This document shows, piece after piece, positions 1 through 9,695 of a stretch of DNA of 64,000 nucleotides. The notes beneath the pieces are model-generated. The model did no database searches. It was given only the letters and a program-made list of their open reading frames with translations, and had not been told where the DNA came from. This DNA comes from Candidatus Eiseniibacteriota bacterium (GTDB taxonomy: Bacteria > Eisenbacteria > RBG-16-71-46 > CAIMUX01 > VGJL01): NCBI GenBank assembly GCA_963792585.1, contig CAWBWI010000001.1, positions 736,001-800,000 on the forward strand, given 5' to 3'. Position 1 is the stretch's first letter, and every line of letters starts with the position of its first letter. The position numbers and the translations under genes were made by a program.

Positions 1-818
1 GTCCCAACGGGGCGGGGAAGACGACCACCCTGCGGATGCTGACCGGCACTCTGGTACCGACGAGCGGTCGGGTCCGATTGTCGGGCAGGGATGTCTTCGG
101 TGAAGGCGCCGCCGCGCGCGCACGGCTCGGCTCGATGCCCGAGCAACTCGCGCTATACGGTGAGATGTCGGTCGATGCATACCTGCGCTTCATCGGCGCC
201 ATGAAGGGGATCGAGAGGGAACGGCTGCAGCGGGCCTTGGCAGATGTGCGCGCACGCCTCTCGCTCGATGATGTGTGGCGACGCCCCACGCGGGCGATTT
301 CCCGGGGATACCGTCAGAGGGTCGGCTTGGCCCAGGCGTTGCTGGGCGATCCGGAGGTTCTGATCCTCGATGAGCCGACTACCGGCCTCGATCCGAATCA
401 GATCCGTGAGTTTCGCTCCCTGCTGCGCGCTCTGGGCAAGGAGCATGCAGTCCTGCTGTCGACGCATATCTTGACCGAGGCGATCGAGGTCTGCGATCGC
501 GTGCTCATCCTGAACCGGGGCCGGCTCGTCGCCAGCGACCGCCCCGATCGACTTGTAGCGGCGGCCGCCGGCGGGCATGCCGTCGTCGCGCGGGTTCGCA
601 TGGCCGGACTGCCGGATCTGGGCCGTCACGGCGGCCACATCGAGGCGGAGGAGCCTCCGGGGACCTGGAGGATCGAGGGTGCCTGGACGGAGGAGCAGGG
701 AAGGACCGTCATGACCCGGCTGGTCGAGCAAGGTGGGACGGTCCTGGAGTGGCGCACGGCCGGCATGGGGCTCGAGGAGGTCTTCCGATCCCTCACCATC
801 GGAGAGGAAGATCGATGA
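1..818 (+). CDS. ABC transporter ATP-binding protein (GldA-like), 5' truncated by window edge
   Basis: Walker A (G)PNGAGKTT from base 3, signature ISRGYRQR, Walker B VLILDEPT, H-loop STH. Confidence 0.93.
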   Translation, partial: PNGAGKTTTLRMLTGTLVPTSGRVRLSGRDVFGEGAAARARLGSMPEQLALYGEMSVDAYLRFIGAMKGIERERLQRALADVRARLSLDDVWRRPTRAISRGYRQRVGLAQALLGDPEVLILDEPTTGLDPNQIREFRSLLRALGKEHAVLLSTHILTEAIEVCDRVLILNRGRLVASDRPDRLVAAAAGGHAVVARVRMAGLPDLGRHGGHIEAEEPPGTWRIEGAWTEEQGRTVMTRLVEQGGTVLEWRTAGMGLEEVFRSLTIGEEDR

Positions 819-1607
819 GGGGTCTCGCCCGCGCCCGCGCGATCGCCGCGCGCGAATACCGGAGCTTCTTCGGCTCTCCCGTGGGCTGGACCGTTTCTGC
901 AGTTTTCTCCCTGATTGCCGGGCTGGTCTTCGTGGGCCTCCTGATCCGTTTTCGGGAGAGCGCCATCAGCCTTAGCCGTGCGGGGCAACTGAGGCCCGGC
1001 GAGGTCGGTCTGCACGTGAACGACTGGATCGTTCGTCCCTACCTCTACAACCTTGGTTCCGTGCTCCTGTTCTTCATCCCCCTGCTGACCATGCGGAGCA
1101 TGGCTGAGGAGCGGCGGTCGGGGAGTCTCGACTTGCTCTTGTCCCTTCCCGTGCGCGCTCAGGACCTCGTCCTCGGAAAGTTCTTCGGGGCGAGCCTGAC
1201 CTTGCTCTCCCTGCTGGTGATCGTGCCGGTTCACGGCACGATCCTGAGCCTCGCCGAGCACCCCGGATTGGGGCGCGGCCGCGGCCGGACTTCTCGGGAT
1301 GATCCTGATCGGGCTCTTCATGATCGCGCTCGGCGTCCTGATCTCCAGCCTCTCGCAGAGTCAGATCGAGGCGGGGGTCCTGACGTTGGGCGTGCTGCTC
1401 CTCCTCGGTCTGGGTCCGAGTGTGGCCGAATCGGTCAGCCCGGGTCTGGCCCACGTTCTCGGTTTCGTCGCCGTGCTCGGGCGCTTCGAGGACTTCACCC
1501 GCGGGATCATCGACTTCCGGCACGTCTGTTTCTTCCTCGGCTCGACGCTCCTGATGCTCGCGCTTGCGCTCCGATCCGTGGACCTGCTCCGCTGGAGGGG
1601 GGTGTGA
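815..1607 (+). CDS. ABC-2 permease (GldF-like), one frameshift near 1255-1264
   Basis: REYRSFFGSPVGW and LTMRSMAEERRSGSLDLLLSLP...GKF motifs; C-half continues in the ORF 1299-1607 frame (PDWGAAAAGLLGMILIG...RFEDFTRGIIDFR); ATGA overlap with upstream gene. Confidence 0.85.
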
Positions 1608-3145
1608 ACGGCGCATCCCGACTGCTGCCGTTGCTTCTGGTGGCCATCTTCCTCGCAGCCCTTGCGGGAGGTCTCGCGGGGGTGAGCGGGCCTCGGGCCT
1701 ATCTTCCCCGGCTGCTCCTGCTGATCTCCGCGGTCGCCTTTCTCGCCTTCCTCTACCGCGGTCGTGGGGACATCGCGTTCCTCTTCCTCCGCGCCCGCCG
1801 CGCTTCGGAGCCCGGACCCGCCACCACCTGGCTCCTCGCCGCCGCCATCCTGCTGCTGGGTTCCGCTCTGCTTTCCCGCATTCCGAACCGGGTCGACGTG
1901 ACGGCGCGCCGTATGAACCGGCTGAGCGAGGCGAGCCAGGCCGTTCTCGCATCGGGGAAAGAACCCCTCGAGATGATCGGCGTCTACCGGGAGACCAGCG
2001 CGCTGCGCGATCGCGCCGTCGACTTGCTCGAGAACTACCGAAACGCCTCTCGGCGGATCCAGGTGCGCATGCTCGATCCGGACCGCCAGCCGGAGGAGGC
2101 GCGTGCGCTCGGCTTGACGCGCGTAGGGATCGTCGTCGTACGTTCCGGCGCGGTGAAGGAGGAAGTAGACGACCTGACCGAGGATGGGATGACGCAGGCG
2201 ATCCTGCGGGTGGAACACCCAGCGCGGACTCGGATCCTTTTCGTCAGCGGTCACGGAGAAGCTCCGATCGACGACGCAGGCCCATCCGGTCTCGGGCGAT
2301 TCACGGCCGCCCTGCGGCAGTCGGGGTACGACGCGGGCGAGATTCGGCTCTTCGAGCAGGCAATTGGGCCCGACGTCGCCGCGCTCGCCGTCATCGGCCC
2401 GCAACGGGACTTCCTGCCGGGTGAGATCGACAAGCTGGGTCGGTACATGGATGGAGGCGGCCGGCTTCTCCTCTGTCTGGAGCCGGGCGCCGACGGCGGA
2501 CTCGCGTCCCTCCTGAGAATGCGGGGTATCAGTCTCGACAGCCTGGAGGTGTACGACGAGAGCCCGGCCACACGAGGGCTGGCAATGGGGCCGCGGACCT
2601 TGCTCGTGACCGAATATGCGTCGCACCCGATCCTAGGTTCCGGGGCCGGCTACACGGTGTTTTCCGGCGCACGGACAATCAGCCTCTCGAAGGATGCCGT
2701 TTGGGGCGTCGATGCGAAGACCCTCTTCCGAACCGGGCCCCAGGCGCGGAAGGCGTCGATCGGCTCCGAAACGGTCGGCCCGTCCGGGCCCGCCGTGTCG
2801 CAGCCCATCGCGGTAGTGGAGGAATGGGAAGTCACCGCAAGTGGAAACGCCGCGCCCGGTGAGTCGGCCCCTGAGAAATCGTACGCGCGCATGATTGTCG
2901 TGGGGGACAGCGATTGGCTCGAAGGGCAGTTCATCGACCTCTACGCGAATCGCGACCTTGGCCTTCGCAGCATGCACTGGCTCGCCCGGCGTGAATTCTT
3001 GCTTCGGATCCCGCCGATGGATTTGCGCGGAACACCGCTGCGTATCGGGCTCTCCGGAATGCGGGCGCTGTTCTACCTTCTTCAAGTCGGATTGCCGCTC
3101 AGCCTGCTCGGAATCGGCCTCTGGGTCTGGACCCGGAGGCGTTAG
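1604..3145 (+). CDS. GldG-family ABC transporter auxiliary component
   Basis: GTG start overlapping permease stop; N-terminal TM helices, DVT..R...LS..S motif, GHGE motif, VVGDSD and C-terminal TM ending WTRRR. Confidence 0.87.
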   Translation: MNGASRLLPLLLVAIFLAALAGGLAGVSGPRAYLPRLLLLISAVAFLAFLYRGRGDIAFLFLRARRASEPGPATTWLLAAAILLLGSALLSRIPNRVDVTARRMNRLSEASQAVLASGKEPLEMIGVYRETSALRDRAVDLLENYRNASRRIQVRMLDPDRQPEEARALGLTRVGIVVVRSGAVKEEVDDLTEDGMTQAILRVEHPARTRILFVSGHGEAPIDDAGPSGLGRFTAALRQSGYDAGEIRLFEQAIGPDVAALAVIGPQRDFLPGEIDKLGRYMDGGGRLLLCLEPGADGGLASLLRMRGISLDSLEVYDESPATRGLAMGPRTLLVTEYASHPILGSGAGYTVFSGARTISLSKDAVWGVDAKTLFRTGPQARKASIGSETVGPSGPAVSQPIAVVEEWEVTASGNAAPGESAPEKSYARMIVVGDSDWLEGQFIDLYANRDLGLRSMHWLARREFLLRIPPMDLRGTPLRIGLSGMRALFYLLQVGLPLSLLGIGLWVWTRRR

Positions 3146-3147
3146 CC

Positions 3148-4476
3148 GTGGGCCGCAGGATCGTTTCACCCCTGCAGGGGGGACTTCTCCTCCTCCTCGT
3201 CGGGATGGGGGTGCTCCTCCTCCGAACGCGGGGGGCGCAGGACGGGGCGGGGACGGGGAACCCACCGGCCCCTCCGCCCTTCTCCGCGGCGAACGTGGAG
3301 GAGATTTCGTTCCGTCGGGGAGCCAGCTTCGTTCGCGTCGTGCGCGAAAGCAACGGCTTCTGGATCGTCGAGCCGTACCGGGATCGCGCGGCGGAGGAGT
3401 TGATCGCCCAGTCCCTCAGGGTCGCTTCGACTCTGGAGCCTCTTCGCGTCCTACCCGATACCATGGGCGCCCCCTTCGGTCTGGCGCCTCCTTTCGCCGT
3501 TTGGCGATGCGTCTGGTCCGGCGGTGAGTACGTCATCGCCCTGGGAGATTCGATTCCGGCGGGAGGAGGACGCTATGCGCGGCGGACAGGGTCTCGCGAG
3601 GTCATGGTCGTCGACCCCTTCCTCGCTCGCCGATTTCTGGCGCCCCCAATCCAGGACCTTCACAGCATGGCGGCCTGTCCGCTGGGGGTGGGTCCGATCG
3701 ACTCCGTCCGTATCGTGACGCGTGATGAGAGGATCGTGGTGGTCCGTCGTAGGGCGGACTTCTGGGAAATCGTCGCCCCGATCCATGCCGAAGCCTCTGC
3801 GGCGGAAGTCGCCCGGGCCGTCCAGAACCTGCGGACGACAACGATGACCCAGGTTCTCGGGCCGACGGAACGGTTCGACCTGGCGGCATTGGGACTCGAC
3901 CCACCCCGGGCAACCTGGACCCTGGTGCAGGGCGCCAACCGCATGACCGCCCGCATCGGTCATCCCACCCCCGACGAGCGCAGCGCCCATCTGATCCCGG
4001 CCGGCAGAGAGGTCGTGGGCTGGATCGGGACCGAGAGCTTCCGAACCTGGGTGGATGGAGTTGCCGGCCTCAGGGAGTCACGAATGCTCTGGGCTTCGGC
4101 CGACTCCGTCCAGGAAGTCGTGGTCCGGAAGGGTTCCGAGCGCAGGGATTTCGTGAAGAGTCCGGACCGCGGTTGGCGCGAGCTGGCCGCCGCGGAAACC
4201 CTTGAAATCCGGCAGGATGCATTCACCCAGGCCTTGCAGAACCTCTGCGCCGTCAGGGCGATCGCCTACTCGGCCCCGGCGGAGGGCTCCGCCTCCGGTC
4301 CGACCATTCGGATCCGTCTTGGCGGTCCGGGAGGACGCCCGGATAGCGTGGCGCTGAGCCCCCCCGGCGGTGCCTCGGGGGCGGCGCGGGGGACCCGCCA
4401 GCCCACGACATGCATGGTTTCCTCGACCGCCTATCGGACCTGGAGCCTCTGGCTGGGCCGCCCTCTCCGTCCCTGA
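3148..4476 (+). CDS. DUF4340-like domain protein
   Basis: N-terminal TM, repeated W-I-V-x-P and FGL/LGLDPP units; usual fourth gene after GldA/F/G. Confidence 0.7.
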   Translation: MGRRIVSPLQGGLLLLLVGMGVLLLRTRGAQDGAGTGNPPAPPPFSAANVEEISFRRGASFVRVVRESNGFWIVEPYRDRAAEELIAQSLRVASTLEPLRVLPDTMGAPFGLAPPFAVWRCVWSGGEYVIALGDSIPAGGGRYARRTGSREVMVVDPFLARRFLAPPIQDLHSMAACPLGVGPIDSVRIVTRDERIVVVRRRADFWEIVAPIHAEASAAEVARAVQNLRTTTMTQVLGPTERFDLAALGLDPPRATWTLVQGANRMTARIGHPTPDERSAHLIPAGREVVGWIGTESFRTWVDGVAGLRESRMLWASADSVQEVVVRKGSERRDFVKSPDRGWRELAAAETLEIRQDAFTQALQNLCAVRAIAYSAPAEGSASGPTIRIRLGGPGGRPDSVALSPPGGASGAARGTRQPTTCMVSSTAYRTWSLWLGRPLRP

Positions 4477-4544
4477 ACTGATCTTTTCTATTTCAGGATC
4501 ACTTTTTCGTAAACGCGGACCGCAGATCCTCCGACGCATTTGTA

Positions 4545-4567
4545 TGGACGATCGTCCAAAGGAGGTA
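4545..4567 (+). promoter_or_regulatory. Perfect 14-bp palindrome TGGACGATCGTCCA abutting strong RBS AAGGAGGT
   Basis: Direct reading of 4545-4558 and 4559-4567. Confidence 0.5.
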
Positions 4568-4574
4568 TCTGAAG

Positions 4575-4961
4575 ATGCTGAAGACGAATCAGTGGAAGGT
4601 CACGATGGTCAGCCCGAACCAGATCGCGTCGAAGCACTATCGTTGCTGCACGACGACGAAGGCGGTCCAGAACTTCTGCACGCGGTACGGCGTGAACCAT
4701 TTCTGGTGGACCCCGCCGCAGGGCTCTCACAAGGTCTTCATGATCGATGCCAAGAGCTTCCGGTCGTACTGGAGCCAGGTCTATGGAAAGACCCAGATCC
4801 CGAGCTCGCGCAAGATCACCACGAAGACCACCGCCTTCTCGCGGACGACCTCATCGAACAGGACGAACACCCCGAAGAGGTCGAAGAATACGACCACGAA
4901 CAAGACGTACTCTTTCCACCGCAATAAGGGGACGAAGACCACGTTCCGGCGCGCAGCCTAA
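4575..4961 (+). CDS. Small highly basic hypothetical protein with Thr/Ser/Lys/Arg-rich tail
   Basis: Strong RBS, GC3-biased codons, only one acidic residue in 128 aa. Confidence 0.8.
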   Translation: MLKTNQWKVTMVSPNQIASKHYRCCTTTKAVQNFCTRYGVNHFWWTPPQGSHKVFMIDAKSFRSYWSQVYGKTQIPSSRKITTKTTAFSRTTSSNRTNTPKRSKNTTTNKTYSFHRNKGTKTTFRRAA

Positions 4962-5053
4962 CGCCGCCCCCCGTGACAACGGCGACCCCGGGCGCGCGGC
5001 CCGGGGCCGCTTTGCTTGACCCCGCACCATTCCCGCACTACTCTGCCGAGACG

Positions 5054-5410
5054 ATGCACGGATCCGTGCCGCACCCCGATGGAGCCGTTGTCGTCCTGAC
5101 AACGGTGGAGAACACGGACCAGGCGAGGTCGCTTGCTCGAGACCTCGTCTCCAGGCGGCTCGCTGCTTGTGTGACCGCTCTCCCCGCACGTTCGGTCTAC
5201 TCATGGGAAGGTGGCGTCCACGAGGATGCGGAGGTGCTCCTGCTCATCAAGACTTCTCCGCAAAACGTGGATTACCTCGAGCACTTCCTGCAGGAATCGC
5301 ATCCGTTCGAGTTGCCGGAATTCCTCGTCCTCCCGGTAGGGCGGGGATCGCAGCGGTATCTCGACTGGCTCCACGACGCGACCCAACCGATCGACACGGA
5401 GGAAGGATGA
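5054..5410 (+). CDS. cutA: Divalent-cation tolerance protein CutA
   Basis: LVSRRLAACV, SVYSWEG, EVLLLIKT, HPFELPE motifs. Confidence 0.92.
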   Translation: MHGSVPHPDGAVVVLTTVENTDQARSLARDLVSRRLAACVTALPARSVYSWEGGVHEDAEVLLLIKTSPQNVDYLEHFLQESHPFELPEFLVLPVGRGSQRYLDWLHDATQPIDTEEG

Positions 5411-6213
5411 ACCACCCCCTCAGCGGCATCATCACGCTCGTGACCGATTTCGGGGTCCGGGACAGCTATGTGGGGACCATGAAGGGGGTCATCCACCGCA
5501 TCCACCGCGATGCCGTGATCGTCGACCTCACCCACGAAATCCATCCTCAAGACCTCATGGAAGCGGCGCTGGTTCTGGAGAATTGCCGCCGTTTCTTCCC
5601 CGAGGGAACGGTTCATGTCGCGGTGGTCGACCCGGGGGTCGGAACCCGCCGCCGACCGATCATCGTCGATGCGGCGGACCATCTCTTCGTCGGGCCCGAC
5701 AATGGAGTCTTCTCGCGGATCCTCGCGTCGCAGGGGCCTGTCGAGGTACGGGAGATCCGCAACGAGAGGTACATCCTCCCCCACATCAGCGACACGTTTC
5801 ACGGTCGGGACATCTTCGCTCCGATTGCGGCCCACCTTGCGAGCGGGACCTCGCCCGGAGACATCGGACCGATCGTGACCGATCCGGCACGACGCGACCC
5901 GCCGCAACCGATCGTCTGGCAGGACCAAATCACGGGCGAGGTGATCCACATCGACAGCTTCGGGAACATCCTGACCAACGTGTCCAGAGAGATCTTCGAG
6001 ATGTGCGTCCGCGGGAAGCGGTTCAAGATCGTCGTCAACGGCAAGGAGATCAGCAGCATTTCACGCAGCTACGAGGACGTGGAACGGGGGAAAGCCCTCG
6101 CCCTGTTCGGCAGCATGGACATGCTCGAGGTCGCAATCCACAGCGGACGCGCCGATCGCCGCATCGGGGCCGGGAAGGGCGACCCCGTCCAGATCATCAC
6201 TGAATCTATCTGA
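5407..6213 (+). CDS. SAM hydroxide adenosyltransferase (DUF62; chlorinase/fluorinase family)
   Basis: ITLVTDFG, VVDPGVGT, GPDNG, TFHGRDIFAP, IDSFGN motifs. Confidence 0.92.
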   Translation: MNHPLSGIITLVTDFGVRDSYVGTMKGVIHRIHRDAVIVDLTHEIHPQDLMEAALVLENCRRFFPEGTVHVAVVDPGVGTRRRPIIVDAADHLFVGPDNGVFSRILASQGPVEVREIRNERYILPHISDTFHGRDIFAPIAAHLASGTSPGDIGPIVTDPARRDPPQPIVWQDQITGEVIHIDSFGNILTNVSREIFEMCVRGKRFKIVVNGKEISSISRSYEDVERGKALALFGSMDMLEVAIHSGRADRRIGAGKGDPVQIITESI

Positions 6214-6303
6214 TGGCTGGAGCGCTTGTTCCGGTCGCCCTCGACTGGTAGAATTGCGCCGGATCGGAAGCCCCCGGTCCGACTACCTTGGAGAAGACAA
6301 TCC

Positions 6304-7662
6304 ATGAAACTCCGCGCTGCCCTAGCGCTTGTCGCGATCCTCGCCGCGCGCCCGAGTCTTGGCGTGAACTGCTACTATGCCGTCCTGCACTCCCACACCT
6401 CCTACTCGGATGGGATCGGAACTCCGGAGGACGCGTTCACCTATGCGCGTGATGTGGCGAATATCGATGTCCTGGGACTCACAGAGCACACGCACCTGCT
6501 CACCGCGACCGAGTGGTCCCAGCTTCTCGCGACCGCCGACAGTTTCTGCCAGGACGGTGTCTTTGTCGCGCTCGGTGCGCAGGAGTTCGGGAATCTGAAC
6601 GACTTCGGTCATCTGGGGATCTACGACTCGCCGTTCAAGAACCCAAATGAGACCGAGAACCTACTCGGCAGCTACCAGTTCATGAGGAGCTACGGGGCGA
6701 TCGGGGGGTTCAATCATCCGAACCCCGAGTACGGGACGAATTTCAACGACCTGGCATTCTACCCAGATTACGTCAACGAGCTGATCTCCATCGAAATCCG
6801 AAACGGAGTCCGGGCCGACGACTACGAGCCTCAGTACATTCAGGCGCTCCGCAACGGCTGGCACATCGGGCCGTTCGCCAACCAGGACAATCACGAAGGA
6901 CACTGGGGAGACCAGGGGAATCCGAATAGCGGGGGACAGATCTACCTTACCGGGATCCTCGCGAACAGCCTGACGAAGGCGGACATCCTGGATGCCCTGC
7001 GTGCCCGGCGTTTCTTCGCCTGCGAGGTGGACCCTCCGTCGGACAGGATGGAGCTGGAGTTTTATGCCAACGGGCAGATCATGGGCTCATCGATCGTATC
7101 TTCGGCTCACCTTGCTTTGACGGGAACGGCCCGCGCGGTCAACGGTGTGAGCCTGTTTAACAGAGTCGACCTCTTTGAAGACGGAGTGATCGTCCGCACC
7201 TCGCAGCAAATCGGCACGAGCATCTCATGGACGTTCGATGAGGGCTTGGTGGACGGTGAGAGCCATTTCTACTTCGTGCGGGTCACGCAGGTCGACGGCG
7301 ACCACTCCTGGTCCGCACCCATCTGGGTGACCGCGGATGTCGATCCGGCCGGCGCGGGGGAGGCGCCCTCAACGGACGGCTTCGCCGTCGGCATCCTGGG
7401 CCCAAATCCTTCCGGGGAGACGACCCGATTCTCGATTCACATTCCCAAGCGGGAGACTGCTGCGGAGGTGTCGATCGACATCTTCGACATCCGGGGAAGG
7501 GTCGTCGGACGGATGGAGCCTCAGCGGTTCGGCCCGGGGTTCCACACCTGGAGCTGGGTGGGTTCGGAGGGTGGCGGAGCGCTTCCCGCCGGCGTCTATT
7601 TCGCCCGCTTGGCGGCCGACGGGAAGCCGGTGGCCTGTCGTCGGTTGGTTCGCATGCCGTAG
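6304..7662 (+). CDS. Secreted PHP-family (CehA/McbA-like) metallohydrolase with C-terminal FlgD-Ig/T9SS-type sorting domain
   Basis: Signal peptide; HSHTSYSDG, TEH, NHP, DNH metal ligands; C-terminal PNP...IDIFDIRGRVV...LPAGVYFARL. Confidence 0.85.
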   Translation: MKLRAALALVAILAARPSLGVNCYYAVLHSHTSYSDGIGTPEDAFTYARDVANIDVLGLTEHTHLLTATEWSQLLATADSFCQDGVFVALGAQEFGNLNDFGHLGIYDSPFKNPNETENLLGSYQFMRSYGAIGGFNHPNPEYGTNFNDLAFYPDYVNELISIEIRNGVRADDYEPQYIQALRNGWHIGPFANQDNHEGHWGDQGNPNSGGQIYLTGILANSLTKADILDALRARRFFACEVDPPSDRMELEFYANGQIMGSSIVSSAHLALTGTARAVNGVSLFNRVDLFEDGVIVRTSQQIGTSISWTFDEGLVDGESHFYFVRVTQVDGDHSWSAPIWVTADVDPAGAGEAPSTDGFAVGILGPNPSGETTRFSIHIPKRETAAEVSIDIFDIRGRVVGRMEPQRFGPGFHTWSWVGSEGGGALPAGVYFARLAADGKPVACRRLVRMP

Positions 7663-8049
7663 AAGCACGCACAATCTAGCCTGAATCTCGCCGGCAACAA
7701 TTTTTCTTCTTGTCTCTACCGCCCGACGCCTAGAAACTCTGGGTAGCCGGGAGGGGAGGAGTCATGGGTGCGCGATGGGTGTCCTGGGCGATTCCGATCG
7801 CTCCGCGTTTCGCGGCGATCGCTGCGAGATCTACCCTCCGTCGGCCGCAACTCCTTGTGCCTTCCGCGATTAGGAGCGATTTCCCCGGGGTTTGGACTCG
7901 TCGAGCCAAGCGCAGTTCGGGCTTCCTCCGGTATCCTCGACGGCGATGGAAATGCCCCGCCCTCTGCGGGGTAGTACCTAGTGTGTCTTGGTCGGTGTTC
8001 ATTTGGGAGGGGCCGGCCGCCGGAGGCGGCCTTCTGGAGGTTGGCAGCG

Positions 8050-8682
8050 ATGCCTCGCTACTTTGAAGATCCGAACCAGTGGGAGAAGCCCGAAAAGAAC
8101 AAGTTTCTCCCCGCCCTTGCGGCAAGAAGTTGGTATCTGGTCGTTCCGCTGATCGCAGTCTGGTGGTTCCACACGAAGGCGGTCGTCCCCCAGATCGCGG
8201 CGATCGATCAGAAAATCGTGGAGGACCGGAAGGAAACCGAGTTGATACGCAGCAAGACGCTGGCCGAGGCGCGCGGGCTCGGGGTAGAGATATCCAAGCT
8301 CCGGGCCGAGGCGGACACCTTCTCCGTGCGCAGCGGTCAATATGCCGCGGTGCTCGACAGCGTACTCGCCATTCAGCGGAAGCACGTCAGCGAGACGCAT
8401 CGGCTCGAGATTCAGTCCGACTCGCTCCGAGCGATCCTCTCCGAAACGGACGGGAAGTCGCTTGTGTATTCGGACTCCTTGACGCGAATGCAAGCGCAAG
8501 TCGATTCGCTCCGCACGCTGATCGATAGCCGCCTGGCCGAGGCAAAGCGCCTGGAAGAGGAGATCGCGGTGAATCGCGACCTCGCCGATCGGCTGAATCG
8601 TCCCGAGATCTATCGAAAGAACACGGCGCTCGTCACCGGATCGGGAAACTACCCGAACCGGGACGCCTTGCCGAAGCGCTAG
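8050..8682 (+). CDS. Membrane-anchored coiled-coil hypothetical protein
   Basis: GGAGG RBS; one N-terminal hydrophobic segment followed by a long heptad-like region. Confidence 0.75.
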   Translation: MPRYFEDPNQWEKPEKNKFLPALAARSWYLVVPLIAVWWFHTKAVVPQIAAIDQKIVEDRKETELIRSKTLAEARGLGVEISKLRAEADTFSVRSGQYAAVLDSVLAIQRKHVSETHRLEIQSDSLRAILSETDGKSLVYSDSLTRMQAQVDSLRTLIDSRLAEAKRLEEEIAVNRDLADRLNRPEIYRKNTALVTGSGNYPNRDALPKR

Positions 8683-8697
8683 GGGAGGGATCGAACT

Positions 8698-9678
8698 GTG
8701 GTTCGGCATTGGACGGACGACGATACCCCGAGGGAGAAGTTCAAGCTTCGTCCGAAGCACGCCTTTCTCCTCGTCGACCTGGCGGTCCTGGCGGTCATCT
8801 TCACGGTCGCGGGTCGGATGTATGTGAACTCCCACGGCGCCAAGCTGATCGCCGCCAAGGAACAGCAGCGCGTCGCCGCCCAGGCGGAGAACGCCGCGCT
8901 CTTGATGCAGGCGGACTCCGTTGCGGCCGCCGCGAATTCATCACTCACGGAGATGAAGTCGGAGCATTCCCAGACGATCGACGAGCTTCAGCGTCTCAAG
9001 ACGCAACTCGAGAATGACGTCCCCAGAACGCGGCAACTCGAGCAGGGTCTCTTCCGCCTCTCCGACATGGTCCTCGACCTGCGCGAGCGGAGCGTGGTCG
9101 CGAACAAGGAGTTGAAATCCCGCGAGCGCAACGCGCACGAGAGAAGCGCGGAGGTCGACTCGCTCCGCAACAAGTCGGATCGCACGACGCAGGCGCTCAC
9201 TCAGACCCAAGCCGAGTATGCGAGCGCGACCACGGATCTTGGACAGGCCAAGCAGAGTGAGGCCCATGACCCGAAGGGGCTCTTTCCGGCCTCCACGGGG
9301 GTGGCGCTCCGGCGCGACATGAGCGCCAACCAGGACCTCACCAACCTCGAGTTGCAGCATCTCTTCTATAATTCGGGGATGAACGATCTGGGTGTTTCGA
9401 TGGCCTTTGGACTCGGATCGAACGATGAGGTCGCATCGAACAAGGAGGTGGGGCTCCTTCTGACGCGACCCTTAATTCACCGCAGGCTGGGGCTGGACCT
9501 TGGGGCGGGATTCTCCCAGCTCTCGAATACGGGCGGCACTGATGACAACGGGGCGTACGCGTCGGCGGCCCTGCGACTCTCGCCGTTCTACAAGGAGCGA
9601 TTCCACGTCGGCCTTGGGGCGCGGGCGAGCCACGGGGACTTCGTGCCGTTCCTCGGCTTCTCCATCGGCCGGCGATAG
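8698..9678 (+). CDS. Membrane-anchored coiled-coil protein with C-terminal beta-barrel-like domain
   Basis: RBS GGGAGG; N-terminal TM, about 145-aa coiled coil, about 125-aa C-terminus of alternating hydrophobic/Gly strands. Confidence 0.72.
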   Translation: MVRHWTDDDTPREKFKLRPKHAFLLVDLAVLAVIFTVAGRMYVNSHGAKLIAAKEQQRVAAQAENAALLMQADSVAAAANSSLTEMKSEHSQTIDELQRLKTQLENDVPRTRQLEQGLFRLSDMVLDLRERSVVANKELKSRERNAHERSAEVDSLRNKSDRTTQALTQTQAEYASATTDLGQAKQSEAHDPKGLFPASTGVALRRDMSANQDLTNLELQHLFYNSGMNDLGVSMAFGLGSNDEVASNKEVGLLLTRPLIHRRLGLDLGAGFSQLSNTGGTDDNGAYASAALRLSPFYKERFHVGLGARASHGDFVPFLGFSIGRR

Positions 9679-9695
9679 GCGGAGGGACCACGGAG

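Noticed and set aside
749..3145. 798-aa GldF-GldG fusion ORF
   Set aside because: Caused by a frameshift near 1260; the permease C-half is in another frame and GldG has its own GTG at 1604
5407..6213. Fluorinase or chlorinase
   Set aside because: The TFHGRD motif carries the His typical of DUF62 SAM hydrolases, and no halometabolite cluster is nearby
7700..8049. Cobalamin riboswitch ahead of the TonB operon
   Set aside because: Only a partial CCGCAACT match; the conserved GGGAA and B12-box elements were not found in order
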